Shown here in pieces: positions 25,200-38,681 of a stretch of 64,000 nt of DNA. The stretch is taken from positions 19,902,001-19,966,000 of the forward strand of contig NC_043014.1 of the NCBI RefSeq assembly GCF_006345805.1, read 5' to 3'. How positions within the stretch are numbered: position 1 is the stretch's first letter; each line of letters starts with the position of its first letter. Below the pieces are notes generated by a model, which saw nothing but the letters and a program-made list of their open reading frames with translations, did no database searches and was not told where the DNA came from. Origin of the DNA: Octopus sinensis (taxonomy: Eukaryota). The translations under genes were made by a program, and so were the position numbers.

Positions 25200-25411
25200 T
25201 TTTTAATTATTTTCTTTTATTTGTTTCAAACACTCGACTGCGGCCATGCTGGAGCACCGCCTTTAGTCGCGTAAATCGACCCCAGGACTTATTCTTTATA
25301 TGTCTAGTACTTATTATACCGGTCACTTTTACAAAACCGCTACGTTACAGGGACGTAAACACACCAACACCGGTCTTCAAACGACGGTGGGGAACAAACA
25401 CAGACACACGA

Positions 25412-25440
<29 letters not shown>
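25200..25440 (-). mobile_element. SINE family A, 3' half
   Basis: GACTGCGGCCATGCTGGAGCACCGCCTTTAGTCG...GGGAACAAACACAGACAC. Confidence 0.85.
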
Positions 25441-25449
<9 letters not shown>

Positions 25450-25559
25450 TTATGTGTCTGAGCGTCAAAAACTAATACATCCGTTTGTTGTCTTCACCAC
25501 CTGTCTTCCTCTTTTGTTGTTTTTTTTTTGTGAATTCTTCCCCTGTATATATATATAGA

Positions 25560-25760
25560 GAGTAATTTCCCTTTATTTAACGGTCATTTTTCATAGCATT
25601 TTTTCCGATGGCCGGATAACTGAAGAGATGGCGGCGTGGATTTCCGGCCCAACATCCAAAACTCGGGGTTTTATCATGGCTACCGAATAATTGTCACAGA
25701 TATATTCCTGTATCGAGTTCTCTTCCTTTCTTTTGTTGTCTTACCATTTCTATCAAGATA
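25560..25760 (+). repeat. Short interspersed repeat; an inverted copy lies at ~37377-37615
   Basis: TTTAACGGTCATTTTTCATAGC...GATAACTGAAGAGATGG...AAAACTCGGGGTTTTATCATGGCTACCGAATAATTGTCAC shared between the loci. Confidence 0.7.
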
Positions 25761-25845
25761 TATATATATACATATTTGTGTGTATATACATACATTATGT
25801 ACTATATACATGTATGCCACACTACATATATGTATATATACATAC

Positions 25846-25941
<96 letters not shown>

Positions 25942-25945
25942 TATA

Positions 25946-26331
25946 TCTTTATATATAAAAGTCAAGTTGTGTGTCTGTCTCCTACGATTTAGATTCCTAA
26001 CTACTCCCACATTTTGCGGTGCAGTTTAACCAAAACCGGGTATCTTATAGTCGTGATTCATATCGAGCCCTTCTGGGCATTAGCGCGCGTCTACGATTTA
26101 AAATAAAATTTACCATCATTTTTCTCCATTTTAATGCATTTTTTCGCTATTATATAAGGGGAGTAACTCTCTAAAAATGTCTACGATGCGTCAACAATTT
26201 ACAAAAAAATTTACCATTATTTGTTTTCCATTTCTAATGCATTTTTTGCTATTTTTTGGCTATAACTCTCTACAAATGCTTATATAGTTATTTCCCTTAC
26301 AAACCCGAGCAACGCTGGGCGATACTGCTAG
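25946..26331 (+). mobile_element. Non-autonomous Helitron, complete
   Basis: A|TC 5' end (25946), hairpin CCCGAGCAACGCTGGG and CTAG|T 3' end (26328-26331), no TSD, inserted in (TA)n. Confidence 0.9.
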
Positions 26332-27019
26332 TATATATATATATATATATACACATATATATGTACGTAGGCATGCATGGATGCATGTATGTATATATAG
26401 TGACGAAACGAGGGAAAGATAGAAGAAATGAGAAAATTCTACATTTTGAATGTAAGGGGAACGACGATGGAGAAAAACATTGAAGCGAAATGAAACAGGA
26501 TAGGAACACTGGAAAGAGCGGCAGGAATAGCATATAAGGCGAGAGCATGTGCGTGAAAAAGAGGAAGGGCGACAAAAATGACAGAGAAATATTGAATATT
26601 TGCGAGAGAAATGACTGGCCTTTGTATAAACTGACAAAAGGTAATTGCCAAACTAAGTAGATTGGAAATAAAATGGCCAAACTGTGTTGGTACATCAAGA
26701 AATTCAAACTGTAATCGAATTGATGTGAACAGCACTGAAGTAAATGTAGTAGAGTAACCCGGAGGTTGAAAGGTATGATGTGAAGTTCAGTCATAACATT
26801 TAGTTATTACCTTATATACTTAGCAGCAAATTTCAGCTAACGCCGCTATTATATAATCGTGATAGAGTGAATTAGTTATTTTGGCTGACAGCGGCAGGCG
26901 TCCATCTTATTGACAAACTCTATATACACACGTATGTATTCTCGTCTATATCCACCCTCTTTAATATGTGTGCGTGTGTGTGTGTGCGTTTGAATACGGG
27001 TGAATGAATGCATTTATGC

Positions 27020-27402
27020 AATACTCTTTTACTTGTTTCAGTCATTTTTCTGCGGCCATGCTGGAGCACCTCCTTTAGTCGAGCAAATCGACCCCGGGAC
27101 TTATTCTTTGTAAATCTAGTACTTATTCTATCGGTCTCTGTTGCCGAACCGCTGAGTTACGGGGACGTAAACACACTAGCATCGGTTGTCAAGTGATGTT
27201 GGGGGGGGGACAAACACATAAATACATATATATACATATATACGACGGGCTTCTTTCAGTTTCCGTCAACCAAATCCACTCACAATGCTTTGGTCGGCCC
27301 GAAGCTATAGTAGAAGACATTTGCCCAAGGTGACACGCAATGGGACTGAACCTGGAACCTTGTGGTTCGTAAGCAAGCTACTTACCACACATGTCACTGC
27401 AC
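27020..27402 (-). mobile_element. SINE family A, full length
   Basis: Close match to the 1-398 and 10266-10655 copies. Confidence 0.9.
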
Positions 27403-27610
27403 CGAAAAATCCGCACCACACCGCTATCTGAAGATAAAGAAACTGCATAACTTGTATGAAAATAGTTATTAAATGGATATTAAATGCCAGTAATATCAAA
27501 AAGAACAAAAGCGGATGCGTTCAGAGTTTGCCGTAATTACATCACTTTGGACCGAAGTTGAAATCGTTAAACTGTTTGTAACCAGGAGAGTCAATAATCC
27601 TAGAAATTAC

Positions 27611-27665
27611 CTGACTTGTCGTTTTGTTAAAAATTTGTCACATGTTGGATTGTATAGATTTTCTA
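27611..27665 (-). CDS. Candidate short exon (ENLYNPTCDKFLTKRQV)
   Basis: Acceptor acttctacttccag|TA, donor CAG|GTAATT; 55 bp, phase 1 to 2. Confidence 0.3.
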
Positions 27666-28685
27666 CTGGAAGTAGAAGTATTATGAAATCATCCTCGATA
27701 AGCATAGTAGTTATAAATCAGTAATGGAATTGATAAGAAGTGTTATTCCTTCTGCTATGTCATTAACTAACACATACTGTGTGTTAAATAATGTTTCGAT
27801 GTTAAGCATCAACTTAAAAGAAGCAGACATGCCTATAAACCAATAGACACTACCGTCACACACATCTCAGCTAAAAAGTTGTCACCAATAATGTTATTGT
27901 CTAATAGATATAAACTGCACAAGACTAAATGGTTAAGAAGTTTATGTTTCTTCTTATTGACACTACTATTCTCTATGGATACTCCAAAGAAGACAACGCT
28001 GTTTTATTCAGAATTCTACTCGTACTAAAATATCTGACCTTTCGAAGTGGAAGACGTCAGTTTCCAGGACATTTAAACTTTGCTTTGCATGTCAGTCAAT
28101 AAACTGAAAGCTCTCATTATACCCAAACATTTTAGCAAACTCAGTATCCTTGAGTATCTTGAGTTGCTGACAAAACCATTTAAGCTTATGAGAGTAGCAG
28201 ATGAAATATCATATAAGCGCATCGCAACTATTGATATCATTTCTTATTACAGCATGGCATGTTGTTCGACTATACTGATACTTGGATCTTTTCTACGCAC
28301 CCCGATGTATATATGTTATGAGAATGTGTAGTTTCTCTCTCCATATTACCATTTCTAACAGATTTTAAAGAATTATTTTAAGAATTAAATAATTTCAAGG
28401 ATGAATGCTAATATATTATATTATATTATATTTTCAATAAGAGTTTCAAATGAAATAGAACTGTACTAGCATAAATGCTATATCGCGAGTCCCTATTCAA
28501 AATTCTTTGATTAGATATATACCATGTACACAATATAATTACGAGATATACTGTTTATATTGAATGCTTATGTGTACCGCAGCACAATTGACACTACACT
28601 GCTATAAACACATTGGAAAAAACTTCATTTTGTATATGAAAAATAGCTTTTGAAAAGAAAAATGATAGCATTCTATGAAACATAA

Positions 28686-28950
28686 TACGAGTGTGGGCTG
28701 AAAAGTTCATAGTCGAACTAAGAAGGATTGGTACGAGAGCTGTGAAATCTTGTATACATTACTTTCAACTGATTTCTGCTCGGTGGGTGCTACGTTTTCT
28801 GACGGCTGATTAAAAGAGCACCAGGCTGATCACATCACAGCAAAACCTGACATTGTTTCAGGAATACCCAGCAACATTTCCTTAACGTTTCCTAACCCAA
28901 GATGAGTCTTGGCGCCGTCACCAGCTCCAAAGAAACACACAAACTTTCTA
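28686..28950 (+). pseudogene. Deleted mariner (DD34D-type) remnant
   Basis: TACGAG..GAAAAGTT terminus followed by ISARWVLRFLTAD*KSTRLITSQQNLTLFQEYPATFP*RFLTQDESW (WVPHEL- and TGDEKW-like motifs). Confidence 0.7.
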
Positions 28951-29014
28951 TGATTTCTGTTCGTCTGTGTATTTAGTATACGTTCGTTTGTTTATTTGCT
29001 ACACGTTTTCTTTA

Positions 29015-29127
<113 letters not shown>

Positions 29128-29219
29128 GTGTGTCATATATTCCGTTTGTTATCTTCTTTTTATTTAACCCTGAAAATATTATTTATATAACGCACGCAAT
29201 CCTTAATCTTTTACCCATT

Positions 29220-29252
<33 letters not shown>

Positions 29253-29968
29253 CAGGCAGTTACAATGTTTACGGATACTGACACATCTGCATATTTTTTA
29301 CCGTTAATCTATACACAATAATTGGCCTAAATATGACTGACACGTGTTTCTGCTGCACAGAGAGCTAACAATTGCGTTTGCATAAAGCTACTTTTGACTA
29401 AGCACTCTCTTTCAAGTTCTGTCCATTAATGTGGTTCGAAGCGAACGGAATGTATTTATGTGTGGTCAACGTATTCTCCAAGGGTACTACGGTTTCAGAG
29501 GGGGATAAAAACAGAAATTGAGGAGGAAATTTAGAAACTTAATATGGTTATATAAATTACTACGTGGTTGACCTCATCCTGACCTTAGGCTTAAGTTCGA
29601 AATGAGAATCTTAGACTCTTAAGTAGGTCAATTATATCTCTAGATGGGTCATGAGTTTGTCATTTTTCAATGTTTTGTTCAACAACAAGCTGCTAAATGA
29701 GATGAAATGAAATGAAATTAAATTCTATTAGATCAAATTAGATATATGTCGTTGATGAACTTAATTACGATTGCAATTTGAAATTTTCTCTGCATAATTG
29801 AGTTTAGATTATATGGAGTTTCTACATCCTATATGATTTATAAAAAAAAGATATTGTAATTTAATGAGAATATTGATTACTACTTGAAAGACAAATTAGA
29901 TATTTACCCTGACATTTACCCTGTAAATTCAGGCATCACCTGTTTCTGTTGATGATACTAATTTATAC

Positions 29969-30111
29969 ATCGTTTGCATGGAAGTATTTCAAATTCTCCT
30001 AGGTGCAAGCATTTCGAGGCTTATTCTTGTCTCCTGTTAAGTAACTGGTGTTTAGATGTAAAATCATGGAATGTTTCTTCTATGCACACGCTGCATCTTT
30101 TTCCTCTTTTC
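29969..30111 (-). CDS. Candidate exon with in-frame TAA, KRGKRCSVCIEETFHDFTSKHQLLNRRQE*(ASKCLHLGEFEILPCKR)
   Basis: Strong acceptor attttcttacag|G (phase 2, fits 42009); TAA at 30023-30021; the same frame continues open to the donor GAT|GTATAA at 29969. Confidence 0.35.
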
Positions 30112-30317
30112 CTGTAAGAAAATATGTTAATATATCCATCGGAATAATTACTGTGGTTGCTCAACCTTTGTAATCCTAAGTGCTCCATATTACAAGATGT
30201 GATTAGCCTAAAGCCGGATTATTACTCAGTGCTCGTAGGTACCCGCTTGGATAATGAATCCCTATATGCTCATCGTATGTGTATGTATGTATGTATGCAT
30301 GTATGTATGTATGTATG

Positions 30318-30349
<32 letters not shown>

Positions 30350-30679
30350 TGTATGTATGTATAGCGAGCGCTATATCCTCTGCATGGTGTGGAAAATATT
30401 CCAAAGCCATTGACCAACTTTAAAATTCCCCCAATGACTGGGTTTTATGTCCTCCACCTTCTACAAATAGTATGCACACGTCACATCACAAAGACACAAT
30501 TGCCTACACTAACCCTGTTATAACTCTGCAAACAATAACGTTTTTCTCGGCTGGGTTGTGGTGTCCGAAAAATGTTTGTAATATGAAGCGTCATTAAATA
30601 TCCTGGGCCAATGTCCTGGGCCAATTTTGACCGAAACTGAATCTGAGTATGTATCTACTATTATTATCATTGTTGTTAA

Positions 30680-30900
30680 GGTGATGTGATGGCAGAATCA
30701 TTAGCATGCCAGGTAAAAAATTTAGCCGCATTTCGGCTGTCTGTACGTTTTGAGTTCAAATTCCGACGAGGTCGAATTTAACTTTAGTCTTTTAGGGGTT
30801 GGTAAAATAATAAATACCAGCTGAGTACTGTGGTCCATGTAATCGACTTATTCCCTCACACCACCGATATTTCAGGCGTTGTGAATTTAGTAGAAAGGAT
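30680..30900 (+). mobile_element. SINE family B (Nin-domain-like)
   Basis: GGCAGAATCATTAGCATGCCAGG head, GAGTTCAAATTCC, tail TAGTAGAAAGGAT. Confidence 0.8.
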
Positions 30901-31058
30901 AATTGCTAATAATAATACCCTGTAAATGTTACTGAGTGGCTTGAGCTGAGGTCTTTGTGGGTTACCACTTATTACCTGATAAATGGCACACACGAAACTA
31001 TTGGCAGTTGAGTCATCTGTAACTTCGACTGATCATTAATAATACATATCACACATAC

Positions 31059-31103
<45 letters not shown>

Positions 31104-31569
31104 TATATATGTATGACTATGTATGTATGTATGAGTATGTATGAAGTGTGTATGTATGTATGTATGTATTTGGACAAGGGAAATTGACGAACTATTTGAG
31201 TTTCACGTAGTCCTGGTTTTAGAATGTCATCAGTCTGATACATACCAACCAAATGCTCTAATGGAAATGGTAAAAGACTTATGTATTCCGCTTCTGAGAT
31301 GCATTAGTGCCGCACTTTAGATACTAGGATACAGTTTGCAGTGTGACAGATTGGCTATTAATTCGTCTTAATAACAATAATAATAAAGATATGTGGAATT
31401 GAGACAAACAAGTTCGCACGTAAATGGAGAGAACTCTGCGAACGATAATCAGCTCCGAATGAATGAATGAACACAATGACGTCCTTGAACAATTTTCTGC
31501 AAATTGTGTGAGAAAATACAGGCACATATATACGTACAGACATAGACTAAGGCACCAACGCACATAAAT

Positions 31570-31627
<58 letters not shown>

Positions 31628-31677
31628 ATATATGTATAAACACACACACACATACATATATATATATACATCTGCAT

Positions 31678-31709
<32 letters not shown>

Positions 31710-31710
<1 letters not shown>

Positions 31711-32790
31711 CGAGGCGTCGAGTGAGGAGTTACGAATACTTTAGTTGTTCAGTGTCAAACGTGGAAACCTGCCCTCCCTCGGACTTTGTGTCGTCTGAGG
31801 AAGAAATGTTAGAGTGCCTGAAGAAAATAGACAGGGCTATGAAAGAAAAAGGTTATGCTGCAGCGACGGAAGGAAAGTGCGAAGACAAGGTTGGAGGATG
31901 TAAGCAAGTTTAAGGTAATGCTTGAAAGGGAGGGGAACGAAGTGAAGGTGTTCCCCCCACCCACAGAAGTTTTGAAGGAAGTAGCAGAAAGAGATGAAAT
32001 TTATAGAACTTGGTGGCAGCCAGAAAAATTGAGAATATGACGATGGTAAGAATAGAAAAGGCGTTGAGACCAGTCTAGCAAGGGATTTAGTACCTTGCCA
32101 GAAGAAAGAAATTTCGTAGAGATGCTGTTTGGAAAGGTAGCTGCACTCAGCAACACCGCTGAAAACGAATGAGGTAGTTCTTCTACCGACATGCCTTGGA
32201 AGACGTGATTCCAGAGTTAGGCGGGAGGAAATACCTCTAGAGGTGGATGTAGCTTGGCTGGTGGCTGCTATACTGCTACGAATGGAGAAGGTGGTGGTCC
32301 TACAGGATACCAGAACACCTGATAGGAACTGGCAGGGACAAACCCCTTGATATGGTGGTGCAAATCGCGGAGGAGGATATCGAAAAATATGGTCGAGAAT
32401 ATCACAGTCGAAAGACGATATTAAAGGTCAGAGTACGAGGGAGGATTCTGCGATGCTATAAATGTGGCCTGCAAGAAAAGGATAAGGAGAGATAGAATTA
32501 TAAAGTAATTGATGCTCCACTGACCGTGGAGGAAGAAGAAAAAGATGTGGCACCACAGAGGAAGACAGGTACCAGCGTTGAGAAGGAGGAATCGAATACC
32601 AGCTGGGAAACAGTGGACAAGCCTAGAAAGTGGAGGAAGAGGACACACGTGGTGAAGGATGACCCCCACCCGACTTCCACCCACACCCACTTTACCCCAA
32701 CCATCACTACAGACATCAGCCCTCTCCATGCCCCACCAGAATGAAGACAAACACAAGCACACAGGAGCCCCAAATTTCTCCACCCTCGCT
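31710..32790 (+). pseudogene. Tx1/L1-like ORF1 (gag-like) remnant
   Basis: EVVLLPTCLGRRDSRVRREEIPLEVDVAWLVAAIL and VRVRGRILRCYKCG (broken zinc knuckle), W-x-x-V..RK motif; homologous at protein level to 58980-59750. Confidence 0.65.
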
Positions 32791-33520
32791 CTTGAAAAAC
32801 ATAATGGAGAAAACGAAGAACTGTATGACAAAATAGATTTGTAAGACGATGCTTTAAAAGTGAACGTATTAGGAGTGAAAGGGGAAATATCTAAATAATC
32901 TAAGTAATCTAAGGAAATATCTAAATAATCAACTCTATCAAGGGAGTGACCATCACGGTGTAGGCCAACGTCATGAGATTGGTATCTATATCTCAACGTG
33001 TTTAATATAAATAAACCCCCAAGATCACAAACGTCTGTACTATCATATGATCCCATAGATGCATCAAATAGTTCATCACTATGCGACTTTTTTATCCATG
33101 CTAATCCTTTACTGTTTTCCTCGCATGCCTGATAAAATCTAGGTCTATAGGGTCAATATCTACATATGATTTAATAAATTCAATAGCTTTATCAAGTAGC
33201 GATCAAGATATAGAGGGATAAATGTCCATAATAGCAAACTGGGTAAATCTAGCCTTATTCTTTTTCTTGATATTCTTAAACTAATCTATTACATTAAAAC
33301 TATTGTTCCAGTAATTCCCCTAATTTTATCATTAATATTTCTAAGTATTTTTAGCTACTCGCCCAATTTCAGATCTCGCTAGCTTTATCAATCTACAAGT
33401 AGGATTATCATGAAAATTGTGCTTATGGTCTTTTAGAGTAATAAACGCCTCTCTTTCAGCTAAGCATTCTAATCTTATGGTGACTTTTAGCAACTTATTG
33501 TATAAATCATTAGCAACTTC
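32790..33520 (-). pseudogene. Penelope-like reverse transcriptase fragment
   Basis: EAFITLKDHKHNFHDNPTCRLI...SEIGR; FAIMDIYPSIS; SMGSYDSTDVCDLGGLFIL; DVGLHRDG; VDYLDISL, all Penelope RT motifs, with stops and frameshifts. Confidence 0.85.
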
Positions 33521-33612
33521 ATATAGGTTATTAGTCTCTTATCATAGGTGTGTATATATATATATATATGTATATATATAATATATATATATTATATAAT
33601 ATATATATATAC

Positions 33613-33652
<40 letters not shown>

Positions 33653-34046
33653 ATATAGTAATGTATGTGTATGTATATATTTATTTCTGTTTCTAAATTT
33701 ATGCATGTTTGCATGTGTGTATGTATGCATTTATGCGTGAGTGTGTCTGAGTGTGTGTATGTATGTATGTATGTATGCATTAATTATTAACAGTATACAA
33801 TTGAATCAAGGTATTTAAAAAGAAGGCCAATATTGACACCAAACACATCTGAAACAGGTGTAGTGAATCTCAGCCTCCACCCCATTTATATATATATATG
33901 TATGTTTGTATGAATATGTATCTCTGTGTGTGTGTGCGCGTATGTGAGTGAAGAGTGATGGGGATTCCATTCTGCCCTATAAATTTTGATTAATGTAAGA
34001 ACAAGTTGTACTCTATGTTTACGATAATATCTAACCTATCGTTAAA

Positions 34047-34278
34047 GGGCGGCGAGCTAGCAGAGGCGTTAGCACGCCACGTGAAATGCTTAACAGTATT
34101 TCATCTGCCGGTTACGTTCTGAGTCCAAATTCTACCGAGGTCGACTTTGCCTTTCATCCTTTCGGGGTCGATTAAATAAGTACATGTTACGCACTGGGAT
34201 CAATGTAATCGACTTAATCCCTTTGTCCTTGTTTGTCGCCTCTATGTTTAGTCTCCTGTGGGCAATAAAAAAATAAAT
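34047..34278 (+). mobile_element. SINE family B with Tx1-like 3' tail
   Basis: GGCGGCGAGCTAGCAGAGGCGTTAGCAC head; GTCGACTTTGCCTTTCATCCTTTCGGGGTCGAT core; tail TTGTCCTTGTTTGTCGCCTCTATGTTTAGTCTCCTGTGGGCAATAAA. Confidence 0.9.
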
Positions 34279-34638
34279 ATCTAACCAGAGACAGACAGAC
34301 ACACACACCCTCTCTCTCCCTCCCTGTTTATTGCTTCTTTTGCCGATCTATCTTTCTATCTACCTTTGTAGCTATGTATCCCTCTGTAGGACTGTTCATC
34401 TCTATCTCTATATATGAATCTATATGTCAATTAATCAACACACACACACATACACACACATATATATACTAACACACATGCATATCCATCTACTTGTCTC
34501 CCTTTATATGTGTGGTGGGGTGTTATATATGGATATATATACAAATATATAATTTTACACAAATTTAGATAGATCATTATATAGATAGACAGACCGACAG
34601 GCATACATACTTACATACAGACAGACAGAGAGGTTGGT

Positions 34639-34692
<54 letters not shown>

Positions 34693-34725
34693 GATAGATA
34701 GATAGGATAGATAGATAGATAGATC

Positions 34726-34757
<32 letters not shown>

Positions 34758-34760
34758 TAG

Positions 34761-34791
<31 letters not shown>

Positions 34792-35551
34792 GATAGGTAG
34801 ATAGATACATAGATAAATTAGATTAGATTAGACTGAGTAAAGTAGACGTTCGGTCTTTTCAAGGATGATATGAATAAAGTGGAAACTGAACTAATACACA
34901 TCGACACAGTGACTGGGCGCCGGTAGGACTGAAGACTAGTTTTGATTTATTGATTGGAATTTGACTAAAATAGCCAAGTAACTGGAGCAATCATAGCTGC
35001 TGTATCGACATAAATTCAGGTGGTTTCTGTATTCAGACTTGTTTTATGAGAGACACACAGATGCGCACATACGTGTATGTATACATGTGTGTGTATGTAT
35101 GTTTGTATGTATGTATGGTATGTATGTATGTATGTATGTATGTATGTATATATGCATGCATGCATGTATGTATATGGGTGTATAGCGTTACAGCAGAAGG
35201 TAGTAAAATGACCCATATTCGTGCCTCAGAGCTTACACTTGACGCGCCTCCTACACCTGCATGCAGCACTCTTATATGTCATAATGATGTCACGTGTCCA
35301 AATACCGATACATTGAAGCGTAGAATGTGCGTGTATTTGTGTCTTTGTGTGTGCGTTTCTAATGAGCCTATATGTGTGTGTGTGTGTGTGTGTGCGTTTA
35401 AGTATGCAGACACACATACACACATGTAGGAGCATGCCTGTATATTGACTTGTAAACTGCATGAGCGTGGTTGGGTATTATAGATATGCATGTATTTGCA
35501 AATATATGCGTATATATACATACAAACATGAAGCATAACTATACTATATAA

Positions 35552-35598
<47 letters not shown>

Positions 35599-35901
35599 TA
35601 ATGTTGTTTTTAATGTTTTTTACATGAACCTCATAGATCTCTCTATACTTTTGTATATTTTAAATTTATTATTCTTAAAGAAAGATGTTGTTGAGAGTAA
35701 CATCGAAGTTTTGGCCTAAGCCATCATCGAAGGTAGCACATGGTTGCAAAACAAGGTCGAAAAAAGTTCCCAAACACCAAAGGTTGTTGAATACTCTTTT
35801 CATAAAAGCCAGAAATGTTCTGTAGAACTTCGCGTAAGCGTTCATCAGACAGTTATGATATTAAATACTAATAAAGTGATTTTTATAAATTGTGAATATC
35901 T

Positions 35902-36001
35902 NNNNNNNNNNNNNNNNNNNNNNNNNNNNNNNNNNNNNNNNNNNNNNNNNNNNNNNNNNNNNNNNNNNNNNNNNNNNNNNNNNNNNNNNNNNNNNNNNNN
36001 N
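35902..36001. other. Assembly gap (100 N)
   Basis: Run of N. Confidence 1.
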
Positions 36002-36019
36002 CTTTCTCTCAGTATATAT

Positions 36020-36322
36020 ATATTGTTATCTCTCTTTCTCTGTCTCACTTTCTCACATACAGACATGTGTAAATACATACAAATACACACACACACATAC
36101 ATATATACACACACGTATGTATACATTGATTCAGAGATACATACATACGTCCTAGCATACATACACACACACGTATATATAATATATGTTAGGACGTATG
36201 TATGTATCTCTGAATCAATGTATACATACGTGTGTGTATATATGTATGTGTGTGTGTATTTGTATGTATTTACACATGTCCGTATGTGAGAAAGTGAGAC
36301 AGAGAAAGAGAGATAACAATAT
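36020..36322. repeat. Near-perfect palindrome with ~140-bp arms
   Basis: 36020-36159 is the reverse complement of 36185-36322, with 2 substitutions and one CA-unit difference. Confidence 0.9.
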
Positions 36323-36376
36323 TTACATGTATCTAAGCCTTAGCATGTTAATTAAATGGACTTAGCAACGGAGGAC

Positions 36377-36541
36377 AAGAAGAAGAAGAAGAAGAAGAAG
36401 AAGAAGAAGAAGAAGAAGAAGAAGAAGAAGAAGAAGAAGAGAAGAAGAAGAAGAAGAAGAAGAAGAAGAAGAAGAAGAAGAAGAAGAAGAAGAAGAAGAA
36501 GAAGAAGAAGAAGAAGAAGAAGAAGAAGAAGAAGAAGAAGA
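36377..36541. repeat. (AAG)n trinucleotide microsatellite
   Basis: About 55 units with one 1-bp interruption near 36440. Confidence 0.98.
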
Positions 36542-37643
36542 TAAAGTGAATGTATCTAAGGACAAAATGCTTGAATTAGGAACAGATTGGTAATGGCACG
36601 ATTATGGAGACGAAAGAATTAAGGAACCAAGAGGTAGTAATAGAAAAGCTATATAAATGAAGCAAAGAAGAAAGCAACGAGAAGTTTGGTGGATTAATGT
36701 ATAAAGGATGAAAGAATTAAATCTAAACGGAAGAAAAGTTGCTTGAAAGGAAAGAAGGAAGAGGGCGAAGTAAAAAATGAGGGGAAGTGAATCTATAAAG
36801 ATAGTATGATTAGCGTATCAATTACATTGATTATTCAGTGATCCACACTACGGCCATGGACAAGCCGAATAGTGTGATCTAGAGCTACATAGAAACCAGA
36901 CGGATCGGGCATTTTAGGAATGTGTTTGATTATAGATCTGCTCAAAATATCGCTTGCTTGTTTAGCATGAAACAACATCTGTAGCAACTTCTATCGCTTA
37001 CTGTTACGATGTTAAAACTTCACCAGATTTAATTAAATTTTGTCATGTTTGTCTTGCTCTTTCTGCTAAGGTTAATGGCATACACTTTCACACACGCACA
37101 CATAAACACTCACAGACAAATCTACGTATATTTTCAAACATTAAATTGATGTATGAGCGTCATAAAATATATCTGCACGATTTCAGCGCCCAATTAATAA
37201 CACAGAGTTACAGTCCAATAAATTATATCATAGAGGAATAAATTTGCATGTACTTAAAAATTGCTTAAAATTATGAATCAGAGTAACATATTTTACAAAT
37301 CTATCCATCTATCTATCTCTCACTCTCTCTGTACACACATACACACACACAACACACACACACACACATATAAATGTTGATAGAAATGGCAAGACAACAA
37401 AAGAATGAAAGAAACCTCAACATTATGTAAATAGAGGAATTTGTCTTTAAATATAATATGTGACCATGATAAAAATCCGAGTTTCGGATGTCGGTGCGGA
37501 AACCCACGCTGGCATCTCTTCAGTTATCGTGCCATCGAAAAAGATGCTATAGAAATGACCGTTAAACAAAGGGAAAAACTCGGAGTTTTATCATGGCTAC
37601 CGAATAATTGTCACATATTATATTTACAGATATATATGTATGC

Positions 37644-37674
<31 letters not shown>

Positions 37675-37909
37675 TGTATGTATGTATGTATACACCTCGA
37701 ATACAACTGAAGCATATTTGAACCGGTAGCAAGTATGTATATAGTAATATAGTTGTATATACTAATGATTAGCAACCTACGCGAAAAAAGTGAGAATTAT
37801 TTTAATAGATTCGATAAAGTTTTCATATTATGAATGAAAATGATAGCAAATAAAAGGAACACTACATAAAAAGGGCATAAAATAAAAATTAAAAACATTT
37901 CCGACCAAA

Positions 37910-37976
37910 GACTTGTAGTGGATTTGGTAGACTGAAACTGAAAGAAGCCCGTCATATATATATATATGTGTGTGTG

Positions 37977-38057
<81 letters not shown>

Positions 38058-38260
38058 ATGTGTGTTGTGTTTGTGTGTCTGTGTTTGTCCTCCAACCATC
38101 GCTTGACAACTGATGTTGGTAGCGATTCGGCAAATGTGGCCGATAGAGTAAGTACTAGGCTTACAAAGAATAAGTCCAAGGCTCGATCAGTTCGACTAAA
38201 GGCGGTGCTCCAGCATGGCCGCAGTGAAGATGACTGAAATAAATAAAAGAATAAAAGAAT
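37910..38260 (+). mobile_element. SINE family A, 5'-truncated
   Basis: GTGGATTTGGTAGACTGAAACTGAAAGAAGCCCGTC...GGTGCTCCAGCATGGCCGCAG. Confidence 0.85.
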
Positions 38261-38620
38261 ATGATATACATCACCTTAATAATTTCAGTCATTAGGATGC
38301 TGCCATACTGGAGCACTGCATCAAAAGTTTCAGTGGTACACACAGCCGTCTCTGATTATTTCAGTGGTGTTTAATTGATCGATTTGTTCTTTGTCGAACC
38401 GCTAATTTCAGAGAGGCACAGTGATATAAGGTAAACATTATATACTTATTAATCCTTTTTTTATCCATATTTCAATAAATGGTTGTTTAAATTTGCTCGT
38501 GTTTTAATTGGTAATATCATTAAAAGTGTATCTCTTTCTCTTCACATGATTTCAATTTCCCCGGTCAATCAAGTCAACATCCGCGAGCAATGTCCAACAG
38601 TCAATCCTTAAAAACACACG

Positions 38621-38681
<61 letters not shown>

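Noticed and set aside
26297-26794. Two long hydrophobic minus-strand ORFs
   Set aside because: The purine-rich plus strand makes the minus strand stop-poor in two frames at once; no recognisable motif or clear donor
35660-35860. Open minus-strand frame MNAYAKFYRTFLAFMKRVFNNLWCLG...
   Set aside because: No convincing splice sites, and it is adjacent to the gap; cannot be supported
36356-36565. Poly-K/R and poly-S/L ORFs
   Set aside because: Pure (AAG)n repeat
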